Shown: in pieces, positions 27,589-38,608 of the stretch | How the letters are laid out: every line of letters starts with the position of its first letter | How positions within the stretch are numbered: the first letter of the stretch is position 1 | Translations under genes and position numbers: made by a program | The notes under the pieces: generated by a model | Database searches by the model: none | Told to the model about the DNA's origin: nothing | The model's input: the letters and a program-made list of their open reading frames with translations, nothing else | NCBI GenBank assembly: GCA_025935035.1 | Contig: JAICWB010000001.1 | Coordinates: forward strand, 11,834-75,833 | Source of the DNA: Terriglobales bacterium | Lineage (GTDB): Bacteria > Acidobacteriota > Terriglobia > Terriglobales > Acidobacteriaceae | Length of the DNA stretch: 64,000 nucleotides | Direction: 5' to 3'

Positions 27589-29643
27589 CTACTTAAGCCG
27601 TGCGCCTACCGGCACGTCTTCCAGGAATCCAGCCAACACCGGTGATCCTTGCTCTCCGATAGAGGCCGCAACGATCATGCCATTCGACTCCAGCCCACGC
27701 AGCTTGCGCGGTGCAAGGTTCGCAACAATTACTACCTTGCGGCCGATGAGCGAGTCCGGCTCATATGCAAGAGCGATGCCCGCAACAACCTGGCGCACTT
27801 CCGTTCCGATATCCACTTCCAAACGTAAAAGTTTGTCTGCGCCCTTCACCTTCTCTGCTACTTTGACTTGGCCCACTCGCAGCTCAATCTTCGCAAAGTC
27901 ATCGATGGAAATTGGTGCGGGTTTCGCTGTTGGCGACAAGCTGGGTGCATTTGCATTCGGCGCGGGACCACCCGCTGCCTGCGTCGCCGGCTGTCCAGCG
28001 ACTGCGCCTGTTCCGGCAGGTTCCTGCGTCGAGTCCGGCTTTGCGCCGCCCGCTCTCTCTTGTTCCATCTGTTGCATCCTTTCAACTGCATTCTTTTCTG
28101 ACCGGGGAAAAACCGGTTCGATGGTGCCCAAGTTCGCGCCCAGCGTAAGGTCTCCCCATTTCAGTGCCTGCGGATTCACCTGTTCGATCTTCGCCAATCC
28201 CAATTGCGCCCAGATCTTCCGTGTAGATTCCGGGATCACAGGGTGGACGAGTGCCGTGACCACGCGCAACGCTTCCGCGGCCGTGTACAAAATTGTTGCC
28301 AGTCGCGAGCGCCCTTGTTCGTCGGTCTTGTCGGCAACTACCCAGGGTTCCTGCTCAACAATATATTTATTTACCGCGCCCACCAAAGACCACGCCGCTT
28401 CCAACGCACGTGAGAACTGGTACTCGCCAAACAGTTGGTTGTAGTTCTTGATCACGCTGTCAGCCAGCGTCGCGATGTTCTTGTCCGCCGCAGTTCGCTC
28501 AGCCGCGGAAGGGTAGGGAATCTTTCCCTGAAAATAGCGCTGGATCATTGTCAGCGTCCGGCTGCTGAGATTCCCTAAGCCATTGGCCAGGTCAGAATCG
28601 TACCGCTGCACGAGTGCGTCGAATGAGAAGCTGCCGTCCTGTCCGAAGACGATCTCACGTAGCAGAAAGTACCGCAGCGCGTCATTACCCATCACATCAA
28701 TGATGGTCTCTGCGCGCACGATGTTCCCGCGTGTCTTTGACATCTTGCTCTCTTCGAACAATAACCAGCCGTGCGCGACGATCGCCTTTGGCAGTTCGAT
28801 GCCCGCAGCCATCAAAAATGCCGGCCAGTACACGCAATGAAAGCGCACGATCTCTTTGCCGATCATGTGAACGTCCGCTGGCCAATACTTCGCGAACATA
28901 TCGTGGTCGCGTTTGTCCGGCGAGCCAAAACCGACTGCCGTGCAGTAATTCGAAAGCGCATCCATCCAGACGTAGATCACGTGCGCTGGATCATCGGGTA
29001 CCGGAATGCCCCATTTGAAACTTGCGCGGCTAATGGATAAGTCGCGCAGACCGCCCTTTACGAACGAGATCACCTCATTGCGCCGTGTCTCTGGACGAAT
29101 CAACTCCGGCTGGTCCGCGTAAAGCTTCAGCAGCTTGTCTTGGAATGCTGAGAGCTTAAAAAAATAATTCTCTTCGCTGACCGTCTCCGTCGGATTCCCG
29201 CAGATAGGGCACGGCGTGCCCGGGCCGCCTTCAGTCACATACAATTCGTCCGAAACGCAGTACTGACCCGTGTATTTCGCCTTGTAGATGTACCCGTTAT
29301 CGCGGATACGCCTGAACATCTCCTGCACGCCGCGCTTGTGGTGTTCATCCGTCGTGCGGATGAATCCGTCGTACTTGATTCCCATCTTGTCCCAAAGCGC
29401 GCGGAACTCGGCGGAAACCTCATCCACGAATTGCTTCGGACTCTTTCCCGCAGCGTTGGCGGAACGCTCGATCTTTTGTCCGTGCTCGTCTGTGCCGGTC
29501 AGGAAATAAGTATCGAAGCCCGCCATGCGCTGTTGCCGCGCGATCGCGTCACACGCAATGGTGGTGTAGGCATGGCCAATGTGTGGCCTGGCGTTCACGT
29601 AATAGATGGGTGTGGTGATGTAGAACTTCTGGCGTGAAGTCAT
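27589..29643 (-). CDS. metG: Methionyl-tRNA synthetase with C-terminal tRNA-binding domain
   Basis: HIGH motif (RPHIGHAYT), KMSKS motif (KMSKTRGN), and a zinc knuckle (CPICG). The C-terminus is a Trbp111-like OB domain (IDDFAKIELRVGQV...). Confidence 0.95.
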   Translation of the reverse strand: MTSRQKFYITTPIYYVNARPHIGHAYTTIACDAIARQQRMAGFDTYFLTGTDEHGQKIERSANAAGKSPKQFVDEVSAEFRALWDKMGIKYDGFIRTTDEHHKRGVQEMFRRIRDNGYIYKAKYTGQYCVSDELYVTEGGPGTPCPICGNPTETVSEENYFFKLSAFQDKLLKLYADQPELIRPETRRNEVISFVKGGLRDLSISRASFKWGIPVPDDPAHVIYVWMDALSNYCTAVGFGSPDKRDHDMFAKYWPADVHMIGKEIVRFHCVYWPAFLMAAGIELPKAIVAHGWLLFEESKMSKTRGNIVRAETIIDVMGNDALRYFLLREIVFGQDGSFSFDALVQRYDSDLANGLGNLSSRTLTMIQRYFQGKIPYPSAAERTAADKNIATLADSVIKNYNQLFGEYQFSRALEAAWSLVGAVNKYIVEQEPWVVADKTDEQGRSRLATILYTAAEALRVVTALVHPVIPESTRKIWAQLGLAKIEQVNPQALKWGDLTLGANLGTIEPVFPRSEKNAVERMQQMEQERAGGAKPDSTQEPAGTGAVAGQPATQAAGGPAPNANAPSLSPTAKPAPISIDDFAKIELRVGQVKVAEKVKGADKLLRLEVDIGTEVRQVVAGIALAYEPDSLIGRKVVIVANLAPRKLRGLESNGMIVAASIGEQGSPVLAGFLEDVPVGARLK

Positions 29644-29798
29644 TTTGGGGCGGCGCCGACACTTAATCTTATGGAAGCGGACTCGATTGCGTCAAACGTG
29701 AGTGTTTCTGTCGCTTTGTTATAATCGCCTGTTAATCAGTGACTTACAACCGCAGCGTGCGCGTCGATTGTTGTTATTCTTGCCCTTGAAAGTGGTCC

Positions 29799-31802
29799 TT
29801 GTCAGTGTATAGAGAGCTTCAGTCTCAACTCGTCCAGCATGTCCGTGCCTTCCTGCAAAAGCAATACCAGGTTGAACTTAAAAACATTCCCGTGGAGCAA
29901 CCGCCTTCGGTCGAGTTAGGTGAATACGCGCTCACCTTTTGCTTTGAACTCGCGAAAAAACTGCGTAAAGCGCCCCGCAAGATCGCCGAGGAGATTGTGG
30001 CGAATATCGGCCCGATCCCCGGAATTGAGAGATTAGAAGTTGCGGGTGGCGGATATATCAACGCACGCGTGGATCGTGCTCAACTAGCGAAAAAGATTGT
30101 CAGTGGGTCCACCGAATCGGCGCCGACCGGCGAAAAGATTCTCGTTGAACACACCAGCATCAATCCCAACAAAGCCGCGCACATCGGACACCTTCGTAAT
30201 GCGATCCTCGGCGACACCTTCGTCCGTCTCCTTCGCGCGGACGGACGCCACGTAGACGTGCAGAATTACATTGATAACACCGGCGTCCAAGTCGCTGACG
30301 TCGTTGTCGGTTTGATGTATCTCGAGAAAAAATCAAAGGGCGAGATCGAGCGCCTCATCACTGACCCGGCGCCCCGCGGCAATCAGCCGATCGATTACTA
30401 CTGCTGGGACCTCTACGCGAAAGTCTCCGGCTGGTATGAGCTGAGTCCTGAAAACAAGCAAACGCGCCTCAAGATGCTGCATGAGATTGAAGCGGGGAAT
30501 AATGAGGCCGCTGAGATTGCCGACATCCTCTCCACCGCGATTCTCCGTCGCCACCTCGAGACCATGCAGCGTCTCGGTATCTACTACGACTTTCTTCCCC
30601 GCGAGAGCGAGATACTCTCGCTTCATTTCTGGGATTTAGCCTTCGCGCAGCTCAAAGAAAAGGGCGTTCTTTACCTTGAGATGGAAGGGAAGAACAAGGG
30701 CTGCTGGGTAATGAAGCGTGCCGGCACAAAGGCCGCGGACTCCGAAGCAGCGGAACAATCAGGCCCGGACGAAGATGCCAAGATCATCGTTCGCTCGAAC
30801 GGTACGGTCACTTATGTCGGCAAAGACATCGCTTACCACCTCTGGAAATTTGGCTTGCTTGGTCGCGACTTCGGTTACAGGCGCTTCTTCCATTACGCGC
30901 CGAACCCGGATTATCCCAAGGGCCACGAGGTTTGGATCTCAGCAAAGTCCGGCGAAGCGGATCATCCACACTTCGGCGGCGTCTCTGCTATCTATAACGT
31001 GATCGACGCCCGCCAGGCCGATCCGCAGAACAACGTCATCGAAGCACTGCGCCTGCTCGGCTACGCCGAACAAGCCGCGCACTACACGCACCTCTCATAC
31101 GAGATGGTCGCGCTTACGCCGCGCTGCGCCGCGGAACTCGGCTACGATCTGCTCGAAGAAGATAAGGCGCGCGCGTTTATCGAAGTTTCAGGACGCAAAG
31201 GCTTCGGCGTAAAGGCCGATGATCTGCTCGATGCCCTGATTGCTTCCGCAAAGCGAGAAGTCGATCTGCGACGCACTGAAATCGCCGACGAAGAACGCCA
31301 CACCATCGCGCAACATGTTGCCATTGGCGCATTGCGCTATTTCATGTTGAAGTTCACAAAGAACTCCGTGATCGCATTTGACTTCAAGGAAGCGTTGAGT
31401 TTCGAAGGCGAAACCGGCCCTTATTGCCAATACTCCGTCGTGCGGGCGGGTAACATCTTCCGCAAGGCCGGCGCCGATCCTGACGCAATCCTACGCGAGA
31501 ACATCGACCTGGAAAACATCGTCACTGGTTCTGAGAATGACGACATCTGGAGTCTGTGGCTGACGGCTGCCAAATTAGGGCTCATCATCGACCAATCCAT
31601 CGCCACATCAGAGCCCGCCTATCTGGCCAAATATGCCTTTCAGCTGGCGCAGGGCTTTAACAACTTCTACCATCGCCACCACATTCTGACCGAAGCCGAT
31701 GAGAGCAGAAAAAAGGCGCTGCTCGCCACCGCCGCCATCGCCCGCAGGGAACTAATACGTGCTTTAGGTGTGATGGGGATCACAGCGCCTTCAGTTATGT
31801 AG
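29799..31802 (+). CDS. argS: Arginyl-tRNA synthetase
   Basis: Class I HIGH motif (NKAAHIGHLRN), ArgRS N-terminal additional domain, and a C-terminal DALR anticodon-binding region. The start is TTG at 29799 or GTG at 29805. Confidence 0.9.
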   Translation: MSVYRELQSQLVQHVRAFLQKQYQVELKNIPVEQPPSVELGEYALTFCFELAKKLRKAPRKIAEEIVANIGPIPGIERLEVAGGGYINARVDRAQLAKKIVSGSTESAPTGEKILVEHTSINPNKAAHIGHLRNAILGDTFVRLLRADGRHVDVQNYIDNTGVQVADVVVGLMYLEKKSKGEIERLITDPAPRGNQPIDYYCWDLYAKVSGWYELSPENKQTRLKMLHEIEAGNNEAAEIADILSTAILRRHLETMQRLGIYYDFLPRESEILSLHFWDLAFAQLKEKGVLYLEMEGKNKGCWVMKRAGTKAADSEAAEQSGPDEDAKIIVRSNGTVTYVGKDIAYHLWKFGLLGRDFGYRRFFHYAPNPDYPKGHEVWISAKSGEADHPHFGGVSAIYNVIDARQADPQNNVIEALRLLGYAEQAAHYTHLSYEMVALTPRCAAELGYDLLEEDKARAFIEVSGRKGFGVKADDLLDALIASAKREVDLRRTEIADEERHTIAQHVAIGALRYFMLKFTKNSVIAFDFKEALSFEGETGPYCQYSVVRAGNIFRKAGADPDAILRENIDLENIVTGSENDDIWSLWLTAAKLGLIIDQSIATSEPAYLAKYAFQLAQGFNNFYHRHHILTEADESRKKALLATAAIARRELIRALGVMGITAPSVM

Positions 31803-31807
31803 AGTCG

Positions 31808-33316
31808 TTAGTTAAAGCTTTCCACAAACTCAATGATCGTTCGGACGGCGATTCCCGAAGGCCCTTTCGCGATCCAGGGTTTGTTCTCTTCCATCCACGC
31901 CACGCCGGCAATATCCAGATGGATCCACGACTTGTCCGCAACAAACTCTTCCAGGAATTTCGCTGCGGTGATAGCTCCGCCATATCGCCCGCCGGAGTTC
32001 ATGATGTCCGCGATATTTGACTTGATCATGTCGCGGTATTCTTCATCCAGCGGAAGCCGCCAGAAGCGCTCCCCGGCGCGTTTCTGCGCAGATTGGAACC
32101 GCGTGACCATCTCGTCGTCATTGCTGAAGAGGCCGGCGTGCACCATTCCGAGCGCCACGACGCATGCTCCCGTCAAAGTTGCCGCATCGATCAAATGCGT
32201 GCAGCCAAGTTGCCGCGCGTAGCAGAGACCATCTGCCAGTACCAGGCGCCCTTCAGCGTCGGTATTGATGATCTCGATGGCCGTCCCGTTCATGGCGAAT
32301 TGCACATCGCCCGGTTTCTGTGCGGTGCCAGAAGGCATATTCTCCGCCGCGCACACGATACCGATCACTTTCACTTTCGGCTTGAGTGCCGCGATAGCGC
32401 GCATTGCACCGATCATGGTCGCGCCGCCGGCCATGTCATACTTCATTTTTTCCATGCCGTCGGCCGGCTTGATGGAAATGCCGCCGGTATCGAACGTTAT
32501 GCCTTTGCCTACCAGTCCGATGACCGGCGAACTTGGCGCGCCCTTCGGCTCGTAGGTCATCACGATCAAGGCGGGCGGCTCGGCCGAACCCTGTGACACG
32601 CTCCAGAAGGAACCCATCTTCAGTTCGTGAAGTTTTTCCGCGCCGTAGACTTCGCATTTCAATCCAGCTTCATCACACATCTTCTTCGCGCGCTGTCCCA
32701 TGACAGTAGGTGTCATCTTGTTGCTGGGTTCATTGACCAAGTCGCGAGTGAAGTTTTGCGCTTCGCCAAACGCCTTTCCGGTTTCCAGCGCAGTCTCCAA
32801 CGTCTTCTTATCCGCAGAAGAAGAAGCCACGATCTCAACCTCATTCAGCTTCTGGTCGCGGCGATCGCTGGCATAGTAGTTCGGGTCAAAGTCGCCGACG
32901 TACGCACCTTCGACTATCGCCCGAACGGCGGCATCTGCCGAAACAGAAGTGCCGTCCGGAATAGCGATTGCTACCGATTTCAGGTTCTTGCCTTTCACGA
33001 AACGCGCAGCGGTTCCGGCGATCTTGCGCAGGTCATCGGCCGAGAACTTGGCTGCCTTCCCGCCGCCGATGATCAACAACCGCTTCGCCTTCATTCCCTG
33101 CGGCGCATGGATCAACGTTGTCTCTAATGCCTTCGCAGTAATGTCGCCGCTTGCAATAACGCCCTCCGCGGAACTTACAACGCTCTTATCGGCGCATGCC
33201 AGCCTTGCCTGCGGCTTGGCCTCTTTACCTTTATCGGTATTGTGATCGAGCACAACAACCGCAACACATTCGGCCGATACTTCCGCCACCGATGAATAGT
33301 TCAGTTTGGTTTTCAT
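31808..33316 (-). CDS. pepA: Leucyl aminopeptidase (M17)
   Basis: M17 signature NTDAEGRLVLAD plus GKGITFDTGG. I place the start at the internal Met (MKTKLNY). Confidence 0.9.
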   Translation of the reverse strand: MKTKLNYSSVAEVSAECVAVVVLDHNTDKGKEAKPQARLACADKSVVSSAEGVIASGDITAKALETTLIHAPQGMKAKRLLIIGGGKAAKFSADDLRKIAGTAARFVKGKNLKSVAIAIPDGTSVSADAAVRAIVEGAYVGDFDPNYYASDRRDQKLNEVEIVASSSADKKTLETALETGKAFGEAQNFTRDLVNEPSNKMTPTVMGQRAKKMCDEAGLKCEVYGAEKLHELKMGSFWSVSQGSAEPPALIVMTYEPKGAPSSPVIGLVGKGITFDTGGISIKPADGMEKMKYDMAGGATMIGAMRAIAALKPKVKVIGIVCAAENMPSGTAQKPGDVQFAMNGTAIEIINTDAEGRLVLADGLCYARQLGCTHLIDAATLTGACVVALGMVHAGLFSNDDEMVTRFQSAQKRAGERFWRLPLDEEYRDMIKSNIADIMNSGGRYGGAITAAKFLEEFVADKSWIHLDIAGVAWMEENKPWIAKGPSGIAVRTIIEFVESFN

Positions 33317-33368
33317 TCTTTCCCCGAATCGTATGTTTTTGATCAAGACAGGATGGTTCTAAGTTGTT

Positions 33369-35594
33369 CTACTTCTTTGCAGCAACTTCCACTTCTTCAA
33401 ACAACTCTGGCAATCTCTCCGCATCTTTTTCCGAACCGCCAAAACGGGCGCGCTCGTAATGAGTCGTAAAAATCTCCACGGACCGCCGTAAAGTAGGAGT
33501 TTTGATAGTTCGTGCAAACTCCTGTGGAGTCTGTTGCGGAACTTTTGCCATGCCGCGTCGTTTCAAACTGCGCGTCATGCGCTCATACCAAATAGTAGCA
33601 GCAGCCTGCGGCGCTTGGCTCGGCCGGCGCGCCAAAAATCCTTCTTTCACCATGCGAACCAGTCGGCGCAGACGTAGCAACAAGATCAAAATCACGGCTA
33701 CAAACAAAGCTCGCCAGCCAACAGCGCGTGGATTCTGCGATACGGTAAGATTCAGCCCACGCACTTGGCCCAATGCGATCTGGTATTTCTGCCGGAACCA
33801 CTGCTGCACAGCTTCAAAGTATTGCCGCCCTTGTGAGATTGATCTTTGTCCCAAAGTCTCCTGATGAGAAAAGTCGTAGTTAATGATCCAGTCATTCCAG
33901 AAGTCGCGCATCGCATCCGCATAAAGCGCTAGACGCGACCACGCGCTCTCGCCGGCCGCAGGCACTGCCGGCGTCGGATCGAAGGTCGCCCAACCATAAC
34001 CAGGGATATAGGCTTCCACCCAGGAATGCGCATCGCGCGCCCGGATAATGTACCTTCCGCTGACGTCGTTGTATTCGCCATTGCGGAATCCGTTCACGAT
34101 GCGCGATGGAATACCCTGCGTGCGCAGCATGATGGCCATGGCGGAGGCAAAATACTCGCAGTGCCCCTTTTTGCGCTCGAATAAAAAATATGCAAGAGGA
34201 TCGCCGCCGTTCGGAGGTGCCTGCATCTCCAACGTGTAGCCATAGGAAGACTGCAATTTGCTTTCGATCGCTTGTGCCTTCTCGTAGAAAGTATTTGTTC
34301 CGGCGCTATATTTCGCTGCCAATTCAGCCACTCGGGGATCGAGTGTGCCGGGCAATTGCATGTATTGGTCAGCGATACGAGGTGGGACATAAGTAGCCGT
34401 TTCAGCCTTCTGTTCTGCGCTTAATGATTCCAGCCGTGAATCGCCGTGATAGATGCGTACGAGTCGTGTTGGATCGATGAGCGATATCGAGCCGGTGCCA
34501 TCGACCTGAAACTCGCGCGGCGCTCCAGCGTCGATCGCATAAGCCACAGGAAGAATGAATATTACGTTCATTCCGAGTGGCTGCACGGCCACGCGGTAAT
34601 GCACTGCTTCACCTGGTAGGGAGTCAGCCTGAGCAGCGCCGGGAAGCAGCTCGCGGATGTGTTGCTTCCGTAGGTCAAGTTCATTATCTGCTGAGGTACG
34701 CTCCGCCCAGCCACTCGTTGTGTTGCGCCAGTGCCGGCCATCAAAGTGGTTAAGGCTCACGCCTCGCCATTTCAGGTCCGCCGGCAATGAGGTTTGCTGT
34801 GAGAACTCTACATGCATCACTACTGTGTCCAGCTGTTGTATTCGGCCGATCTCTCCCAGCGTAACGTCGTTGCTGAATCCCGCAGCAAACGTGTTCTGCG
34901 TGGCAAAGCGATTCAAGTAGCTGCTGGTGTATCGGGGCAGCACAAAGAAGATTCCCGCCGCTCCTGCAAGGATGCTGACTACCAGCACCGCGCTGGTGAA
35001 CGAGACTGACTTTCCCAGTCCTAAGATAGGCGTCGCCGTGCCACCCAGCAGGTGCGATACGGGCTGCTCTGCTGACCGTCGCAGCGAGCGCCGCATCTCC
35101 ATGGTGATCGATGTGGTCACGGTCAATAAGAGAAAAAGCGCGAACGCTGCCAGGAAGAAGCTGTCAACAGTGAGTACGGCGCTCGCCAAGATCATCATGA
35201 ACGCAATGAGCGCGAGATAGGCGTGGTCTCGCTCGGTCTGCACTGAGAACAGCTTCACCACCATGATGAAAAGCACCAGGTGAACAAGAGGTCCGATGAA
35301 GCTCCCCGACAGAAAGAACAGGTCAAAGAAATAGAAAAGTATGTATGCGATGGTCAGCCGGGAAGTAGTTTTTACTGACACGGCCAGCGTTCGGCCCGTA
35401 GCGAAAAGAAAAGTTCGGACACCCAGGGCAGTCAACACGAAGATGACTGAGAAAGCATCTAGTTTCCCCGTCCCCGCCAGAGATACGAAACCTGTCACCA
35501 CCATCGCAAATAGCGACAATTCGAAGTAGCGTTGGATCCTCCAACGAACCTGGGCATCACTAGCAATAACGGGAATGTGGCCGCCTGCAGCCAT
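33369..35594 (-). CDS. Transglutaminase-like membrane protein (DUF3488 - transglutaminase core - DUF4129-type architecture)
   Basis: About 6 N-terminal TM helices. Cys-His-Asp core: KKGHCEYFASAM, DAHSWVEAY, ATFDPT. A late TM helix and a C-terminal helical domain follow. Confidence 0.8.
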   Translation of the reverse strand: MAAGGHIPVIASDAQVRWRIQRYFELSLFAMVVTGFVSLAGTGKLDAFSVIFVLTALGVRTFLFATGRTLAVSVKTTSRLTIAYILFYFFDLFFLSGSFIGPLVHLVLFIMVVKLFSVQTERDHAYLALIAFMMILASAVLTVDSFFLAAFALFLLLTVTTSITMEMRRSLRRSAEQPVSHLLGGTATPILGLGKSVSFTSAVLVVSILAGAAGIFFVLPRYTSSYLNRFATQNTFAAGFSNDVTLGEIGRIQQLDTVVMHVEFSQQTSLPADLKWRGVSLNHFDGRHWRNTTSGWAERTSADNELDLRKQHIRELLPGAAQADSLPGEAVHYRVAVQPLGMNVIFILPVAYAIDAGAPREFQVDGTGSISLIDPTRLVRIYHGDSRLESLSAEQKAETATYVPPRIADQYMQLPGTLDPRVAELAAKYSAGTNTFYEKAQAIESKLQSSYGYTLEMQAPPNGGDPLAYFLFERKKGHCEYFASAMAIMLRTQGIPSRIVNGFRNGEYNDVSGRYIIRARDAHSWVEAYIPGYGWATFDPTPAVPAAGESAWSRLALYADAMRDFWNDWIINYDFSHQETLGQRSISQGRQYFEAVQQWFRQKYQIALGQVRGLNLTVSQNPRAVGWRALFVAVILILLLRLRRLVRMVKEGFLARRPSQAPQAAATIWYERMTRSLKRRGMAKVPQQTPQEFARTIKTPTLRRSVEIFTTHYERARFGGSEKDAERLPELFEEVEVAAKK

Positions 35595-35669
35595 GCAAGA
35601 GATTGTAGACGAATGGATGCGCCGACTCGCCGCACAAGCGCAAACACGGTGTTATCATCGATTGGGTCA

Positions 35670-35768
35670 GGTACTGGGTCCTACGCGACGCAATCCCGCC
35701 AACCCCGCCAGGTCCGGAAGGAAGCAACGGTAACGGGCTAGTGCGTGTGCAGTGGGGTCCCCGGTATC
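35670..35768 (+). ncRNA. ffs: Signal recognition particle RNA (4.5S, small bacterial type)
   Basis: The conserved domain IV core CCAGGUCCGGAAGGAAGCAAC, with its GGAA tetraloop, lies at about 35708-35728. The ends pair (5' GGUACUGGG with 3' CCCGGUAUC). A T-run follows at 35772-35776. The region is a 255-bp stretch free of ORFs. End positions are accurate to a few nt only. Confidence 0.8.
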
Positions 35769-35849
35769 TGGCTTTTTCCTTTTGCGCTCGTCGAGCGCAC
35801 TCCCCGCTATCTAGACAACCTTCGTTTTTGTGGTTCAGAATAATCAGTC

Positions 35850-36872
35850 TTGACTAAGGAGTGTTCATTGAAACCTTTGATCGGTGCAAAGATCACCGCC
35901 CTCGGCACTTACGTTCCACCTAAGCTCCTCACCAATGAGGACCTGGAAAAAATGGTGGACACCACCAGCCAATGGATCACCGAACGCACCGGCATCAAAC
36001 AGCGCCACATCGTGGACAAGGGGGTATCAACATCCGACCTTGCCGTCGAAGCCTGCAAGCAAATTCTTGAAAAGCGGGGAATCGCGCCCACGGAGATTGA
36101 GGCGATAGTCGTCGGCACTGTTACGCCAGACATGCTGTTTCCCTCCACCGCTTGCTTGGTCCAAGACCGCCTGGGATGCAAAGGGGCATGGGGCTTCGAC
36201 GTATCCGCCGCCTGTTCAGCTTTTCTCTATGCGCTGCAAACTGCTGCGCAGTTCGTTCAAACGGGAGCACATAAGAAAGTCCTGGCGATCGGCGCGGATG
36301 TCATGTCTTCCATCATCAATTACGAAGACCGCGCCACGTGCATCATCTTTGGCGATGGGGCGGGGGCGGTGTTGCTGGAAGCCGCAGAGCCCAATGATCC
36401 CAACATTCTGCTGGATTTCACGCACGAAGTGGATGGTTCCGGCGGATGCTCGCTCTACATGCCGGCCGGCGGCAGCAAGCGCCCCGCTACGCATGAGACT
36501 GTCGATAAGAAAATGCATTATGTTCACCAAGATGGTCAGGCAGTGTTCAAGTATGCGGTCCGTAAAATGGCGGAAGCATCAGAAACTCTGCTCAAGCGCA
36601 ACGGCCTTACTGGAAAAGACATAAATCTCTTTGTTCCGCATCAAGCCAATCGCCGCATCATCATGTCAGCGGCAGAACGACTGGGCATGCCGGAAGAACG
36701 CATCATTATTAATATCGGCGAGTACGGAAACACAACGGCGGGAACGATCCCTCTGGCTTTGGGGACCGCGCGTGAACAGGGGCGCCTCAAGAAAGGCGAC
36801 TTGGTACTCATGGCGTCGGTCGGTGCCGGCTTCACCGTCGGCGCTACGCTGTTAAAGTGGGGCGCGGACTAG
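35850..36872 (+). CDS. fabH: 3-oxoacyl-ACP synthase III
   Basis: Active-site Cys context ([12 protein letters not shown]), HQAN and GNTTAGTIP motifs. The more likely start is TTG at 35868, 6 nt after AAGGAG (35856-61), rather than the track start at 35850. Confidence 0.9.
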   Translation: MTKECSLKPLIGAKITALGTYVPPKLLTNEDLEKMVDTTSQWITERTGIKQRHIVDKGVSTSDLAVEACKQILEKRGIAPTEIEAIVVGTVTPDMLFPSTACLVQDRLGCKGAWGFDVSAACSAFLYALQTAAQFVQTGAHKKVLAIGADVMSSIINYEDRATCIIFGDGAGAVLLEAAEPNDPNILLDFTHEVDGSGGCSLYMPAGGSKRPATHETVDKKMHYVHQDGQAVFKYAVRKMAEASETLLKRNGLTGKDINLFVPHQANRRIIMSAAERLGMPEERIIINIGEYGNTTAGTIPLALGTAREQGRLKKGDLVLMASVGAGFTVGATLLKWGAD

Positions 36873-37619
36873 CAGCCTGAAGAGGCCAAATGCGACTGCT
36901 GCCGAACAGGCGGTGCCCAGCAGGTTTACCGCGTCGTTGTTCAACCAGCCACAATTTTCCAGGGTGGCGCCAAATAGGCTGTCTGCCAACATGCCCACCA
37001 CTCCGCTAACAATAGGTACCCAGAGGTGGAATCCGCGAAGCTGCAATGCACAAGCTGAAATCGTCACCAATAGTGCAGCCGTGACCCCAGCCGCTGTGCC
37101 GACCAGAGTGATTCCCCCGTTTGCCCCAGACAAAGTCTTTCGCATGGTGCTGATCAAGCGAGGCTCTCCACCGAAAGCTTCGCCTATCTCGCTGGAGACA
37201 GTATCAGCCGCGAGTTCACTGAGGACAGCAAGCGCTACGGTGTAAGTACCGGCCCCGGGATACAACAGCACGACCATCGAGACGACCAGGTTAGCGGTTA
37301 CTTGAGACGCGCTTCGACCGCCAGCCTCTCTTCGGGACGAGACCTTAGTGGCCGCAAGCGTAAGAACGAAAACAATCAGAAGAACGGCGAAAAGACGCCA
37401 ACCGCCCAAACGATAAAAGACGAACGCTGCGCCTGTTCCAGCGATCGCCCCGCTAATATCCACTCCCCGTAACAACCATGCAGCCACGGCGAATGAGGCA
37501 GACACCAGCAGTGCTGCCGGAATGCTAGCGATAGGCCACGGCGATAGCGCAGCTAAACCGGCTAGACCAAGGGCGGCAAAGACTGCAATGGCATCAATCA
37601 GCCTGCCTCTTGGTCTCAT
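36852..37619 (-). CDS. DUF92/TMEM19-family integral membrane protein
   Basis: Polytopic membrane protein. The block [44 protein letters not shown] resembles the DUF92 signature (A.DT.ASE.G....P.LIT......G..GG.S..GT.A). The start is uncertain; I use the internal Met MRPRGRL. Confidence 0.6.
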   Translation of the reverse strand: MRPRGRLIDAIAVFAALGLAGLAALSPWPIASIPAALLVSASFAVAAWLLRGVDISGAIAGTGAAFVFYRLGGWRLFAVLLIVFVLTLAATKVSSRREAGGRSASQVTANLVVSMVVLLYPGAGTYTVALAVLSELAADTVSSEIGEAFGGEPRLISTMRKTLSGANGGITLVGTAAGVTAALLVTISACALQLRGFHLWVPIVSGVVGMLADSLFGATLENCGWLNNDAVNLLGTACSAAVAFGLFRLLVRAPL

Positions 37620-37663
37620 CCCCGGCAAACAGCCCCTTTCCCATCTGCATCCTACCAAATGCT

Positions 37664-38515
37664 ATGGCCTCTCTTTGGAGCGGATACCTTACCTTCGGAC
37701 TCATCTCTATGCCGGTGCGTCTTTTTGCCGGGGCGCGCAGTGAAAATGTTTCATTCCACATGCTGCATCGTCACGACCTCGTGCGCGTAAAGCAGCAACT
37801 CACCTGCCCAGCCGAAGACAAAGTGATCGACCGTAGTGAGGTCGTGAAAGGTTATGAGTTCCGCAAAGGCGAGTACGTGGTCATCGAGCCGGAAGAGATC
37901 AAGAAGATCGAACCTAAGACCGCCAAGGCGATGGAGATCCTCGAGTTCGTCCCGGCAAGCCAGATCGATCCCGTTTACTTTGAATCGTCTTACTTCCTCA
38001 TGCCGGAAGAAGCCGGACGCAAGCCCTACGCTCTACTCGAAAAGGCGCTGGAAGAGACCGGTTTCTACGGCATCGCTAAACTCACGATGCATAATCGCGA
38101 ATACACCGTGATCCTGCGCCCATCCGATGGCGGCATCATGCTTCACACCATGTACTATGCCGATGAAGTCCGCGAGGTCGAAGGTTTTGGTGATCTTAAG
38201 GTTCAAGTCAAACCGGCCGAATTGAAAGTGGCCACCCAGCTTGTGAACGCTCTTTCCGGTGATTGGAAGCCCGAACAGTACTCTGACTCCTTCCAGGAAA
38301 ATCTTAAGAGAATGATCGCAGCCAAACTAGAAGGGGAAGAAGTCACCGCCGTCGAAAAGCCGAAGAAGCCGGCGCCTGTCGTTGACCTCATGGAAGCCTT
38401 GAAGGCTAGCCTTGCCCAATCCGGCAAGGCAGGAAAGAAGCCGGCTACGTCAGAGAAAAAGACCGCGGCGCACGCAGAAAAGCACGGCAAGAAACATTCC
38501 CGCAAAGCTGCTTGA
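37664..38515 (+). CDS. ku: Ku protein (bacterial NHEJ DNA-end-binding)
   Basis: N-terminus WSGYLTFGLISMPVRLFAGAR is typical of bacterial Ku. About 283 aa with a lysine-rich C-terminal tail. I place the start at the internal ATG at 37664. Confidence 0.9.
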   Translation: MASLWSGYLTFGLISMPVRLFAGARSENVSFHMLHRHDLVRVKQQLTCPAEDKVIDRSEVVKGYEFRKGEYVVIEPEEIKKIEPKTAKAMEILEFVPASQIDPVYFESSYFLMPEEAGRKPYALLEKALEETGFYGIAKLTMHNREYTVILRPSDGGIMLHTMYYADEVREVEGFGDLKVQVKPAELKVATQLVNALSGDWKPEQYSDSFQENLKRMIAAKLEGEEVTAVEKPKKPAPVVDLMEALKASLAQSGKAGKKPATSEKKTAAHAEKHGKKHSRKAA

Positions 38516-38562
38516 GTCCAACCAGATTCCGCCGCGCAAACTAGCGCGTATCGCCCGTTCTA

Positions 38563-38590
38563 TTTACAATTAAGTGTTTGCACTCATAAT
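38563..38590 (+). promoter_or_regulatory. Candidate sigma-70-type promoter
   Basis: TTTACA (38563-68), a 16-nt spacer, then CATAAT (38585-90). It lies 19 nt upstream of the ATG at 38609, so the leader would be very short. Pattern match only. Confidence 0.3.
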
Positions 38591-38608
38591 TTTGCGGTAG
38601 GAGCGGGA

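Noticed and set aside
27554-28444. 296-aa ORF on the plus strand.
   Set aside because: It is entirely antisense to metG, whose identity is unambiguous. Its Ser/Ala/Pro/Cys-rich, motif-free translation is typical of the antisense frame of a GC-rich gene.
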